DNA of 63,993 nt, the filler included, from Porpidia crustulata (lineage: Eukaryota): NCBI GenBank assembly GCA_964255105.1. It is 9 parts of 9 records of this genome, joined end to end, with 100 filler letters (N's around TTAATTAATTAA, not from the genome) between each part and the next. Parts side by side here need not be neighbours in the genome. Positions count along the whole stretch, not along the records: positions 21,498 to 28,549 come from CAXUWE010001404.1; positions 28,650 to 35,696 come from CAXUWE010001405.1; positions 35,797 to 42,838 come from CAXUWE010001406.1; 6 more parts are not named here. The stretch is one strand, 5' to 3'. Numbering within the stretch: the first letter of the stretch is position 1; each line of letters starts with the position of its first letter. The notes beneath the pieces were generated by a model that was given only the letters and a program-made list of their open reading frames with translations, was not told where the DNA came from and did no database searches. Both the position numbers and the translations under genes were made by a program. Positions 27,505-40,048 of the stretch are shown here, one piece after another.

Positions 27505-28549
27505 ATGAGCGAGCTGCGTGCGTCCGAAACTCCTGTACTGATCTGCCAGTAAGCCTTTGACTTCTCTGCCTTGTCAGAATTTTTCTAATGTTAGCAGTGG
27601 ATGATTTCTCGGATGATATGGATTTATATGGTCTAGAATATCCTATTCCAGCCCGGATCATGCTACTGCTCATACCTATACAGAAATCCTCGGCATTACT
27701 CCTGACGCAAGCAAGACAGAAATCAAAAAAGCCTATCATAAAGTGATTTACTCTAGAGACTTTGCCAAACAATGCTAAAGTCCTTAGGCAGCCCTTTTAA
27801 GCCATCCTGATAAAGTATTGGAGGGAGAACGAGCGGCTGCAGAGATCAAGTTCAAAGCAGTCAGCAAAGCCTACGAGATCCTCTACGATGATAATAACCG
27901 GCATCTTTACGATAGTCATGGCATGTCTGCGTTTGAGGCTGGAAATGGTAACGGGATGGGAGGTGGCCCTGACCTGGAGGAAATGCTTCAGCACATGTTC
28001 GGCGTGGGAGGCGGCGGACCGCCCCCTGGCTTTACTAACATGGGTAGTGGAGGTGGGAGATCACAGAAGCCGCGTCGGGGTGAAAATGAGGAATTACCTT
28101 ATGAAGTGACGCTGGAAGACCTTTATAAAGGGAAGACTGCGAAATTTACAGCCAAGAAAAATGTCATATGCAGCCACTGCAAAGGCAGTGGCGGTAAAGA
28201 GAAGGCTAAGCCAAAGCAGTGCGCTTCATGTCAGGGTAGAGGTTTGTCCGGTGCTCCTTTGATCTTTTCCTTACGCAGCAACTGACGGACGTAAGGTATG
28301 AAACAGGGTCTTCGGTCCATTGGCCCCGGATTGGTCACTCAGGAGACTGTCATGTGTAGCTCTTGCAAAGGCACTGGTAACGTTTTCAAAGAGAAAGACC
28401 GATGTAAAAAGTGCAAGGGTGAGCGTATTATAGAGGTACGGAAGTCATTAGAATTGTATATCCCACGGGGCTCAAAGTAAGCATACCTGGCGTGGGTGTT
28501 CCATCCCCAGCTGATGAGTGGTAGAAAGGGAGATAGAATAGTCTTGGCT
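27505..28549 (+). CDS. Type I DnaJ/Hsp40 (Xdj1/Mas5-like), 3'-truncated at contig end
   Basis: J domain with HPD, G/F-rich region, VTLEDLYKG, four CxxCxGxG-type zinc-finger repeats; several introns; start codon uncertain. Confidence 0.88.
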
Positions 28550-29222
28550 NNNNNNNNNNNNNNNNNNNNNNNNNNNNNNNNNNNNNNNNNNNNTTAATTA
28601 ATTAANNNNNNNNNNNNNNNNNNNNNNNNNNNNNNNNNNNNNNNNNNNNGCTTTCTTGACTCTAGGAGCTGGACCTACAACATGTGAGGAGTGGGTGAGC
28701 TGTGGTTTGGGTCGGTGGGAGCTTTGAGGGCTTTGAAAGTGATATGTCGATCGTCTCGATTGGGTAAGGCGCCTACGGGTGGTTCCTGGCCTCTTTAGCC
28801 TTACGGTTATTGGTCCAAATCGTTCCACGCGAAGCTTCCATCGTTTCTAGTTCAACTTTGTCAAGGGACACAAAGGTCGAAGATGTTGTATGAAATGTAA
28901 TGCCGATACGTGGATGTTGCAATCTAAAGTTCACACGGAGGACAAACAGACCTACTTGCGGAGACAAAGATTGAAGACGTGTAGGCGAGACATCTACATC
29001 TCCATTTAGAAACAATGAGAAGGAGTCTGGGTATTCCAGATTACTTGTTTCGTGGTCTTTGCATATGAAATTCGAAATCTTTGGGAAGATTTTACTAGGG
29101 TTGCATGACCCACCGTGATGGAGTTGTCAGAGCGTTAGGCATTTCTCTTTGCTCAGCCTTAGGCCTTCAATCTGGATCGGATTCAAAATTAGAGACTCGA
29201 TAGCAGCTCTAGCATTTCACCA

Positions 29223-30109
29223 ATGGTCGACAGTACGTTATCTTCCTTCTTCCGAAACCCTATGCGATAACTAACCAGTAGCAGACATAACCGGGCACTG
29301 TCTAAGTCCTTTGATACATATCATCCGCCATGGAGAATCCCTCCACAAGTAAGCTTCCCAAGACAGAGTTGACATTGATCACTGCCTCAAAGCATTGACC
29401 ATCCAGTAGTATTGAGCGTGGATATCCCCACCGTGACCCTCCTTTAACAGACCTGGGACATGAAGGTACGAAAGTTATCAACCTCTCCGTTACGCCCGAT
29501 CTTATTGTCATCTCGCCCATGACCCGAACCATACAAACCGCTCTAAACGCTTTCGCTCCACTCATTGGATCCAAAGCATTCCAAGTCGATGTTCAAATCT
29601 GGCCAGACCTCCGAGAAGCTCACGATGCGGTGTGTAATAAAGGCATCTCGCGAACTGATATGATGGCCAAGTTTCCGCGATTAGATTTCTCCCGCTGTCC
29701 GGAAGAGTGGAACCATCCGCCGCATACTGTCGAAGGTGCTGTAGCCCGTGCTGAGATGGTTCGACGACGTCTAAAGGAGCTTTCAACTACGTACAAGAAC
29801 ATTGCTTTGATCACTCATAGGGGTTTTATTGCGTTTCTGGTGCAAGGGGCGCGATTTGATGCGTGCGGTCAGTCTTGGCTTCCAAGCTTGTCCAAATTAC
29901 ATCTTCACTAATTGTCGACGAGCACTTCAGAAACTCGCACGTACAGGTTTGCCAGTGATGAGGAAGTAGAGAACCGGAGAATGGGTGTCCATTGCGAAAC
30001 CCAGATAGAGCAAGACTTTGGTCCAACGCTTCTGTTGCCGCTGAAAATCAAGGAAGCGTCATCTGATGCTGCGGACGTTGACCCCTTTGTTCTGCCCCAG
30101 GATGCTTAA
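29223..30109 (+). CDS. Histidine phosphatase / phosphoglycerate mutase-like protein
   Basis: IHIIRHGESLHN, DPPLTDLG, ISPMTRTIQTA, DLRE, IALITHRGF; three introns. Confidence 0.85.
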
Positions 30110-30859
30110 ATTGGGCGAAATGGAATTATGCTTTAAATGAGACAATTCTCTTTCCATCGAATGGGGGTCTAACCCTTTGATGGGAAATCGCTCAGGCAGG
30201 TCCCCAATCACACAGAGAACTTCAGACTCACTATCTCCACTGTTCTACGACATCACACTAACGACTACATCGTGACACCGAGATCTCTCCATATGTCAAG
30301 CCAATGTATGACAACAATACCATTTCTCGTAATAAAAATAAATACTTACCAATTTGCCGGTATGGCTAGGTCATTTTCTCTTCCGCGCGTTAGAGGTCTG
30401 ATCGAGACTCGAAAGCGGGTTTCTTTAACGCTTACAGGAACTTTGCGCTTGGAAGACGGGCTTGTCCCGCTTCTAGTATTCAATCTAAGCACTTGGCAGG
30501 TTAAAACTTCGTAATTCGTCAGATGAGGTTCATTGCAAATCACTCTGATATGGAAGACACTAGAATTCTTCGAAATCCAAAATGCGGGCATAGGTTGTAG
30601 CCTAGAAGTGAAGGATTCCGCTGCAGGTGGGTCAACCGTCGCCTTTAAGTGACGGAGAACGCTGGCAATTGAATGAAATCTGCGACAGTATAACTGTCGG
30701 TGGTACTCATGTTACTCCATGAGTGAACTGCCACTTCCCGAATATATGTGCCGCATTTCTACCTATCTTTTCCGCGTTATCATGTCTTGGAGTCGCTGTC
30801 AATCTCGCAACACATCAAACCTCGTGCAGGCCCTCGATTTTTGACATTGAAAGAGGCCA

Positions 30860-32191
30860 ATGCATCTCATTGAGGCTCGATTCTTCGTGAAGACCACGAG
30901 GACTTATCATAAGGATCTTCTCAATCTCCTCATGCAATACACTGACTGGGTGAAGCCTCGCCCTTTCCAAACTGATGCCGGGTTTCTTGGAAAGATCTAT
31001 GCGGCTCAGATTCGTGGATCGGATCTCGAAAAGGCCATCTGTACTGTTGCCACAGAGATCTGGAGCCGTCGAATGACAGCCCATCGCCATCAGGTCAACA
31101 ACGCCGTCTATGACACACTTGAGCCTTATATGGGCAAACGAAATATCCTGTATCGGCTCCGTATGCCAGACGATACACTCTGGATGGCTCGACTACGTAA
31201 CCCTCTGATTAAGAAATCGGCGGTGGTCGATGAGGCTGAGCGGATTGCAAATGAACGTATGCTATTGGAAAGCGAGATTGCGACCATGATATTTGTGAAA
31301 CGAAAAACTCAGATTCCTGTACCAGAGGTATACGGATACGATACGACGTATGAAAATCTTCTCGGAACGCCTTATACCTTTATCGAATATATGCCTGGAA
31401 AGCCGTACCCGTTCCCTTTCACTGAAGTTGGAATCGCCAAAGAATACGAGCTGGCTAAAATCCACATGCAGCTCACGCATTTTGTGTGGCAGCTCAGCGA
31501 ACATCCCTTTAATCAAATCGGACAGTTGCACTTTGCTTCGGACGACGGCATTGATGTAACTGTCCGCCCTATCATTGACCGTAAAGACCGCAAATACGGA
31601 CCCTTCAAGGACTCCCAGAAGTTTTATCGGAAGCAAGCAAAGGCGGTGTATGAGTACGAAGTGCTTACAAACCGCGCATTACTGAAAGCCGGGCCTAGTG
31701 CAGGAGACTCCAGTGAAAGCGTCGAGTCAGCGGCGCTGCACGTGAAAGCAGCCGCCTATGCAGGCGCAGAACGCTTCAGACACGGCCCCTTTATATTACA
31801 ACATGTCGATTTGCATTGGCAAAATCTACTCTTAGACGACGACTGTACAGTCGTCGGTGTCATTGATTGGGAGTGGGCCCAAACTGTTCCAGTGGATTCA
31901 TCGCAGCTGTTACCCTTCAACTTTATCACGAAGATGCTACCACTCGTACCTGCGAATGTATCGAGACACAAAAAAATCTCGGCGAGATTTCTCCAGGTCC
32001 TTGCAGAGATGGGAGATGCCAGCCTAGAGCGCGGGATTATTGATGAAATCGTGTCCTTTCAGGATTCACCCCAGAAGCAGATCAGTCAATATCTGCAGTG
32101 CTACAATTGGCCTAAGGTTCGCCGGCAGCATTTCGAGCGCTTGCAGATGCTTGTACAAGAGATCGAAGCCGATCGATCATCTAACGTGTAG
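30860..32191 (+). CDS. APH/choline-kinase-like phosphotransferase
   Basis: WMARLR, LESEIATM, IPVPEVYGY, EYMPG, LQHVDLHWQNLLLD, GVIDWE. Confidence 0.85.
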   Translation: MHLIEARFFVKTTRTYHKDLLNLLMQYTDWVKPRPFQTDAGFLGKIYAAQIRGSDLEKAICTVATEIWSRRMTAHRHQVNNAVYDTLEPYMGKRNILYRLRMPDDTLWMARLRNPLIKKSAVVDEAERIANERMLLESEIATMIFVKRKTQIPVPEVYGYDTTYENLLGTPYTFIEYMPGKPYPFPFTEVGIAKEYELAKIHMQLTHFVWQLSEHPFNQIGQLHFASDDGIDVTVRPIIDRKDRKYGPFKDSQKFYRKQAKAVYEYEVLTNRALLKAGPSAGDSSESVESAALHVKAAAYAGAERFRHGPFILQHVDLHWQNLLLDDDCTVVGVIDWEWAQTVPVDSSQLLPFNFITKMLPLVPANVSRHKKISARFLQVLAEMGDASLERGIIDEIVSFQDSPQKQISQYLQCYNWPKVRRQHFERLQMLVQEIEADRSSNV

Positions 32192-32548
32192 AGGTTCCTT
32201 GACTCCTCAAGTAAGACTCGATTCATAGATATCTAGGCCATGCATGGAGTGATCAAATGTATCAATACCTACTACTCAACCCATTCAACTATCTTATCTT
32301 GGCCTCCATGTGCAACCGGCGTTCTTAACACTTACCCCTGACTCACTGGCTTGAAATCCTCGTTCTTCAGTCATCTCGTCGTCAGCGAATATTGTATATC
32401 GTGAAGGTCAACATGACATGCAGAATGCCAAAGAATCATTGAAGCAAGCTAATATAATGATTGTAGAATACGCTCTACAGCGTAATGTGAGTCTTTACTG
32501 GAAAACGTATCGCCTTATGCAAAAGTCTGAAGTCGATTTTGAAAATCC

Positions 32549-32581
32549 TGTTACGGCCATACCCACCATATCTAGTAGTAT
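32549..32581 (+). mobile_element. 5' 33 bp of a second copy of the LTR, ending at a 10-N gap
   Basis: Identical to 32865-32897. Confidence 0.75.
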
Positions 32582-32591
32582 NNNNNNNNNN

Positions 32592-32644
32592 TACTAGCGT
32601 AAGCACCCCGAACACCTAGTCGTAGGACCTAGATGCTCTGTTTT
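32592..32644 (+). repeat. Motif A, 53 bp, candidate mobile-element terminus
   Basis: Identical to 50088-50140; identity stops abruptly after TGTTTT. Confidence 0.85.
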
Positions 32645-32662
32645 CCACAAAAAGTAACGAAG

Positions 32663-32725
32663 TATCGCTGTGTGCAAAATGGTGGTCCGAAAACGAAAAA
32701 AAAATTAAAAAATTAAAATGGCGAA
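32663..32725 (+). repeat. Motif B, candidate mobile-element terminus
   Basis: TATCGCTGTGTGCAAAATGGT...CCGAAAA, then an A-run and GGCG; matches the reverse complement of about 56625-56685. Confidence 0.8.
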
Positions 32726-32864
32726 GCAGTCTATTATCTGCTTGTTTGATTAACTGTAGCATGTTCAATATCATAGATTGAAGCTATATACATCATTTGA
32801 TCTCAAGTTGAACATTTCACCTCGCTGTCTTTCTTCGCTCTCCCCCTCCCTAAACCCACCTCAT

Positions 32865-33031
32865 TGTTACGGCCATACCCACCATATCTAGTAGTATTGG
32901 ACCAAGTCTTCCAACTTGATATTTCGCCTTTTAGGTGGTGCGGTTGGGTATTGCGCCCCTCATGTGGATTGCGCCCACCCCACCTAGCTTCCTCACCCGG
33001 GTAAACCAATACCCCTGGGGTGGTCGTAGCA
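32865..33031. mobile_element. Solo LTR, 167 bp, with 5-bp target-site duplication CTCAT
   Basis: Starts TGTTACGGCCA and ends TGGTCGTAGCA (imperfect inverted ends, TG..CA); CTCAT at 32860-32864 and 33032-33036. Confidence 0.85.
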
Positions 33032-33882
33032 CTCATTGAATCTCCAAACCCCATTGAATCCATTGAATCTATTGAACCCCCTTCCCTCATTGAATTCCCT
33101 ATCCCCATTGAGCCTGCTACCAAGTTTGCTGAATATTCGATTTGATGACAGACTTGATGGGGAACTTGATGAGAAACTTTATAGCAGGCTTAATAAAGGA
33201 ATTTATGAGAGATTGAAATTCAATAAAGCAGAAAAGACGAAAACAGATGAGCCAAAGGCGAAGGAAGACGGCGAAAATAGATATTCAATCTGCAGACGAA
33301 CAATGTGTACGTCATTAATCGCACAAGCAGACGATAGCTGCGATACCACCGTCGATTTCTTATTCTCTTTTTTGTCTTCGGACCCATCATTTGCACGCAG
33401 CAAGATAGATAAGACTCATAAAGTGTCACCCAATCCGACGAGCATACTGCTTCCAATCGGATGACATGTAAGAAGATGCGTATCACGAAACTCGATATCG
33501 AATGACGCCGTGATGTTTTAATCTACAGTTTATGATGATTCAAAAACAAATTTTGTCAAGTTACGCTAAAGATTATAATTCCAAAGATAAATACATAACC
33601 TGAATTCCATCTTCGACCCGTGGTATAGAGAAAAATTTCGACGGTATTCTGTACCTGAGAGTATTATTATCCAAGGGTACAAAAGTATTCCAGTTATGAA
33701 AATCTTACTTGGGATAAATTCAATAGGTCTTGGAAGGGTGACAGGGTACGAATTGTAAAGCAACATTGATCATCTTGGAAAAGGGGTTTTTCGCTTCTGG
33801 AAGGCCTTGACGACCACTATGATTCTTAGTCTATTTGCACACTATATATCTGCTCCTTGATTCATCAACCCCGGTCTGGAAC

Positions 33883-34995
33883 TTACGCCGGTACCAAAAC
33901 AGCACGGTAGTAAACCTCGCCACGATCCAGCTTGTCCATCGCCTTCTTGATTCCATCCTCGGTCATGGGAAACTCCTCAACAATGGGCTTGATCTGGTGA
34001 AGGGCCGCAAAATCAAGCATTTGACGGTGCTGGTTCCTTGGAGCAACCAACGATCCTTGCACCGAAATACCCTGCAGGATCAACGCCATGTACGGAATGT
34101 CCAGGTTTCCTGACGACACCGAGAGCGGGTAGATGGCCGACCGCGGCGCCATGATGGGCAAGATCAGATCCCAATTCGGCGGCGCGGCGGCGGTGACTAG
34201 TAATCGGTTCAACGGGGCCGAGACTTTGAGCTCCTTGGTATCCTTGGTAGCGATGAACTCGTGCGCACCGAGCTTCAAAGCTTCGGCCTTCTTCCTGTCG
34301 GAGCCCGACAAGACGACGACGCGGCATCCCATCTTGGCTGCAAACTGGATGGCAAGATGTCCGAGACCGCCCACGCCCAAGATCCCGACCGTGTCGCTTG
34401 GTTTGATGCCATAGAGGGCAGTGAAGGTGGTGGCGCCTCCACATTGGAGGGGAGCGGCATCGACATCACTGAGGCCCTTGGGGATAGCATGTAGGAACGA
34501 CTCGCGCCAGATGGCGTGGGACGCAAAGCTGCCTTGGTCGAGATTCTTGACGCCGTACAGGGCTCGGTCGGGGCAGAACGTCTCGGATCCCTGGAGGCAT
34601 TCAATGCAGTGGCCGCAGCTGTCGACCTCGTAGCCCCAGCCGACGTGATCGCCTTTCTTCAAGGTATGGCACTCTGGTCCGGCAGCTTCGACAACACCGA
34701 CACCCTCGTGGCCGAGAACCATGTCTGCGCCTTTCTACTCTACTATTAGTCCTGAAGATCGAAAGCCCGTATCGAAAACGTTAGTCACTAACATAATGTA
34801 GATCTAGAAGAATTGTTAACAGCCATCTATAACGTGTAGGATAGTACAGAGTTGAAGACACATACCGGTTCCACAAACACCAGAGGCTGTGACTCTAACG
34901 AAGACGCTGTCGCCGGTGAGCTGGTCAGGCTTGGTAGTGATGCTCTTCTTCGGGATACCGCTTTGCTGGCCCTTGTATACTGTGAAGGAAGGCAT
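33883..34995 (-). CDS. Zn-binding medium-chain alcohol dehydrogenase (CAD/NADP-dependent ADH-like)
   Basis: MPSFTVYKG...VTASGVCGT / DLHY micro-exon / LGHEGVG; CGHCIEC..C structural Zn site; APLQCGGAT; GVGGLG. Confidence 0.9.
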
Positions 34996-36596
34996 TTTGG
35001 AGCGTAAAGTTTCAAATGATGTAGATGCACAGATTTTGTCTTGAACTTGGTGGATGGAGTGAGACGAGTGAAGAGTGAGGAATGAAGCTGTTGATGAGGG
35101 ATCGAGCTGTGTTTATGAATGATTTCATTTTGTCGTTTGCTCCTTCTTTGTCGCTTTGAAATTGAGCTTTGCCGTCTGTTGTGTTGACTAGATTACCAAT
35201 GTGATGCTTCTCACTCGGAGCTGCCGGAGAATCCACTAAAACATTCGATTCCGATAGATTTTCAGCTGAGTAATCATGACGTCGATAAGAAATTCACTCC
35301 ACACATAATCGCGGCTCCACAAGTCATTGTTTTGAATTAATTCGATTTAATTCTATCAGTCAGTAAGTAAGTAAGTGAGGGAGAGTACTGTTATGTCATT
35401 ACTTAGTGAGTGAATCAGAGTATATTATATGTTATGTCCGTGGCACCATGGATCATTAAGTAATACCAGAAACATTCCAACATGTAACCAAAAGCGCTTT
35501 TCCACAATCTCATTTTCAGCCTTCGCGCGGCCGTTGTCCGGCCCGAACCGATTATCGTTTCCGCCTTTTCGTTTCCGCCTTTTAGAACCAAATCGGAGAT
35601 TCCGCATTCGTACTCCGGTTTCCCCTCTCGGTAAATAGCCGGTGCCCGCCATACACCAGCCAATTTAACGGCTACACCCCCGAATTAGCCAGCTACNNNN
35701 NNNNNNNNNNNNNNNNNNNNNNNNNNNNNNNNNNNNNNNNTTAATTAATTAANNNNNNNNNNNNNNNNNNNNNNNNNNNNNNNNNNNNNNNNNNNNACCC
35801 TAAATACCAGCCATCGTATTTCCACCGTCCACCCCCACCACCACCACCACCATGCGGCTTCAGGGTGCAAAGTTTTAATTGACGCACCGGTCACAGCTGA
35901 CACCTGCGTCGGTGGGCTTGTTTGCTTGCTTCCTTTCTTTACTCTTTGGCCTGCTGCTGGTCAAGTCGATGGGTCACAATTTCGATGCAAACACACCTCC
36001 GACGCAAACTAATGGCGCTGGCAGGGATCTTTTGACATATGTACCTATGAGGTCAGGAAAATGGGATAAGATTTAAGCATCTTTGTTCCGGACCGCCGTT
36101 ATATGTATGACGTGAACTTTATCTAAGCCCATGGAACGAAGGACATTATCATATTGTGAGAGGTGTTTAGTTGAGATGATTTGACAATATAATCAGGAAG
36201 AACGATCGCGAGAGCATCCCAAAAGCCGTTGTCGCATCTGATCACCTCATCTCCGCCACGTGGATCCTATCGTCACCTCCACCGCCGATCGGTGCCATCT
36301 AAATAGCTTTTTTTTAATTAATCGTAAAGTATTCGACGTCACTGCGGCTGACTCACTTTTTTGATGACTTTTGTTTCTGGTATTAGGTACACAGTAAATT
36401 ACTATCACAGGATGACAATGATTGGATCGAAGTTTCCATGTAATCAATAAGCTAAGCAGATGAGTCTTCAGCGCGCTGAACGACAATTTCCCATTTTTCC
36501 AAAACGTGTATGACATTTCCCCGTCTCCAGAAATTAGAGTTCCCTCGAAATTTCCATAATCCGCGCGCGGCGGCCTGTTCTGAGCGATCCTGGCCG

Positions 36597-38034
36597 TTAC
36601 AAGAGATCCATGGTATCCTCACCCACTTGCGAGGTGTTGGTTCCCCACCACCTCGGTACGGTCTGCACTACCAGCACTCCGTTTTCGATCGAGCAATCGT
36701 GATACGTCTTCTTGGCCAACTTGTCGACAACGCGCAGTTGGATCTCATTCTTCTCCACCGCTTCTTGCAACCCCTCTTGTAGCATCTCATCCTTGCCAAA
36801 GCCAGCATTTTCGAGCTGATGCGCAAGCCCGTCAAAGTACGACAATGTAAAATGGCCGAATCGTTTCTGCCATTCGCGCACCAGATCGCTCGAACCCCCA
36901 GCTTTGGCATGTTTGGACACAGCAGCGAAGTTGTGCTCGAAATTGGGCGTGAGGGTCAAGACTGGCATTGCGAGGATTTTCTGAAGCTTGGCTTGAACTT
37001 CCCCGATCTGAGGCTCGTAGTCGGAACGGATACTGCTCTTGGCGTCAAAGTCCATGGGCTCTCCTCCAGAAGCGGATGAAGACGCGATACCAGCAGCATT
37101 GACCGCCTGGGCAATGTCTTCAGTCGCTTGGCTTATGTTATAGCTCAGGTACTTCGTGGCAAATAGGATACGAAGGCTGCCATTGGAGATGTCGCAGCCG
37201 CATGTACTGATCTTCTTGTCCTCGGTGGGTTCAAGAACAATGGTATGGTTGAAAGCAAGTTGATTCAACTCCGTCTTGCCCTCTTGTCCAAATTTGTTGA
37301 TGTAGGTCTCAATGTTTTTGGTAGTCTCTTCAATGTATCTGCAGAATCAATCTTGTCAGCATGATGCTTCAGAATCAGCTATTGCTGTAAACCACAATGA
37401 TGCGTTTTGTTTCGCGTCTCGTAAGAGCAGGATGACTGCCTTGAAATGGTTTCATCTGACATGAATCAAGACGAAAGAACATGGTAATAAGAGCGCAACG
37501 GACTTGTGAGGAGAATTCTCTGATAATGAAGACTAGTGACGATGACTATAGCCAAATGAAATACGTACGTCGCAAGCATTTGTCCTGTGTTTTCTTTGGC
37601 GAAACCAGCGGTGGCATAGCTAAATACCATCGGAATGTCGATTGGAGCGCTCCATGGGACACCCATCAGGGCAGAGATCTTAGCTTCTAGTTCTGGTTTC
37701 GGCGTTTCCCAATCATCACGAACTAAGAAATATTGTCAGTTTGTCCATGAGCTCGTACTATTGGAGGGAACTGCATACCACTCTTGCGGACTGCAAGTGG
37801 AAGCTTGGCCTTTGGGACTTCAGCGGCTACGCTGGGAGCTACAGAAGTAGAAGGTGTGTTCATGGCTGTGCTGGGAGCTACAGAAGTAGCAGGTGTATTC
37901 ATGGCTGTACTTGCAGTCGTGGTATTTGTCGAAGTAGGCCCATCTTTGTTGTTTAAGCCCAAGGCAGAAGTGGCCTTGTTCAAATCACCTTCGAGGTCTT
38001 TGAGAGACGCCTTTGCTTTCTTGAGAAAATCCAT
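36597..38034 (-). CDS. Uncharacterised fungal protein with an internally duplicated module
   Basis: Three exons with GT-AG introns; LPLAVRKSVRDDWETPKPELEAKISALMG and MDFDAKSSIRSDYEPQIGEVQAKLQKILA; ends VQTVPRWWGTN..DLL*; 39-bp tandem repeat (AMNTPxTSVAPS) in exon 1. Confidence 0.78.
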
Positions 38035-38804
38035 GGAGATGATGCTTGATAGAACTGTGTTTAAAGAAATATTGTCTTTCTATCGAAGGGAGCTCCTTCG
38101 TTTTATATCTCCTTCCTGACTTTCCGATGTCTTTCTGACATGCTGCCCAAATAGATCGAAGTTTTGGACCCCAACTTCTAACTGCAGGAGTTTAGGAAAA
38201 GGCGCACGCTGCAACATACTCATGAGACACTGAACTGCTCAGCTATGCCCCATCTTCTGGAATTAAGGCCATTGCCACAGGAAGAGTTGTACACAAAGAA
38301 GATTACAGTGTCGAATTCAAGATGTTTGGTAATTCCTCGCAGGCTGCAAATTCGCTAAAAGGCGACGGAAGTAGCCTTACAGCCTTGTTGATTGGGTTAA
38401 TGCGGGAGCGACATGCAGGAGCTGAAAATTGGGAGAACCCTGAGATCAATCACAGCGACCTGGGAAGATGTGAATCGTTGTCTAGGCATGTGTGTGGACT
38501 TATTTGGGGTCGAAACCCTCAAAACTCAAGGTATACCTTTGGGGTACAATTGTTGCATCTCGCGAGCCGGACCCTGCTCTTCACCTGGTCAAGCAGCGAT
38601 GAGAGCTGTAAATCGTGAGCTTGATTGGCAGCCAGCAACGGACTGCAGGTGCAAAGATCTCGTAGATCAAGAGAGGGGATATTTTTCTGAGAATCTCGAG
38701 AATGACAACGTGCTCCATTCTTATTTTTAAATCTTCGATATTCCAAGTCCAGTCTGGCAGAGTAATCTTTCCTCGCCTTTATCAGTAAGACTTGTCGAAT
38801 AGCT

Positions 38805-40048
38805 ATGGCTCAACTGTCAGTATTCATCTTCTGTTGATCATCTCTGGTGCAGTCAGTCTAATGACTAAGTAGTCCTTTGAAAATTCGAGTAGGCATTCGA
38901 GATCATTGGACTAAAGCGGACAGCCCGGTTCAACAATCTATCTCTGGTCTGACTAGAGTAATTGGACTCCCGGTCGATGTGACGCTCGATGCTTCCCTAC
39001 TTTGGCATGAACTAGGACAAAGCTGTACGGATCCAGACACATTCGTCCCTAGTATCGTGGGTGTTGTGATCGATTGGGTGGATCGCATGACTTATATGCT
39101 GGAGGATGACGACAATGCGGTCTGGAGTGAGCATTTATTAGAGGCATGCGGTAGGACGTTGAAGGTTCGAGTCGCAGTGAGTCAGAGCCCTTTCGTATGT
39201 ACCTAAAGAGGATCACAATGTGCTGATTCGAACGCATCATTGCAGACGAAGGCAGGTCATGAGGCCAGCACGAGATGGGAAGATGTAAATTCATCGCTCG
39301 TCATCTCTATTCCGGAGACTCGACCTCCATACGGGGGAGTACGCTGTTCATTCGCTACGGATTTAATAAACGCGTTCAAGACAACTATGCCTTCCAAGAG
39401 CTCTAGAATGGAAAAGCCCGTCGAAGGTACTGATGACGGGGGATGGGCGGATATTAAACTGCCATCTAGGGGTCGCGGACCACTCGAAAATGAACAACCT
39501 GCCATTCCAAAGTCGTTACCTCATTTTGATACTCTTGCTCGGCCGGATGTATTGTTCTTGGACCAACTACCATACCACATGGTGATAAAGATGGCCTCCA
39601 AAGGCATTGTGGTCCAAGGAAGTCATCATCCCAGCCTAGAGTTGCTTGCCAGCTATTTCACAAAATGGACAAGGACCATGAGAAATGATGTCAGAAAAGT
39701 AAGAAGCTTTGTCCATATTGTCTTGATTTTTTAGTAAACTGTCAACCTCATCACTCAAATAAAAGCTCCGACTAGTTGATTCCTTTCTTGCGACGTTTCA
39801 AACACAGCTAATAGGGATTCATATGACAGATCCCCATCCTAAGAGTCGAGCTCCAAGAATCGCATTTCGGCCTGGGGGCACTCTTCGATTCGATGGTCAT
39901 CGAGGCAAAAGACGAGCGACAAACGTGGGTGACATTGAACCCCATTTTGGTCGCTGGTTTTATTGAGGGCGTGCTGGGCTATCGATCTGTCCCTGAATGT
40001 AAGGATGGTAATGAATGGCGCTTTAAGCGGGACGAGCGATATGTGTAA
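38805..40048 (+). CDS. Uncharacterised fungal protein, divergent from the previous gene
   Basis: Four exons: MAQL/PLKIRVGIRDHW...; LPHFDTLARPD; VQGSHHPSLELLASYF; NPILVAGFIEGVLGY...WRFKR; stop 40046-40048. Confidence 0.78.

Noticed and set aside
35355..35696. Possible transposon end at the end of contig 5 (GTAA repeats, duplicated CGTTTCCGCCTTTT)
   Set aside because: No partner terminus, target duplication or second copy in the window
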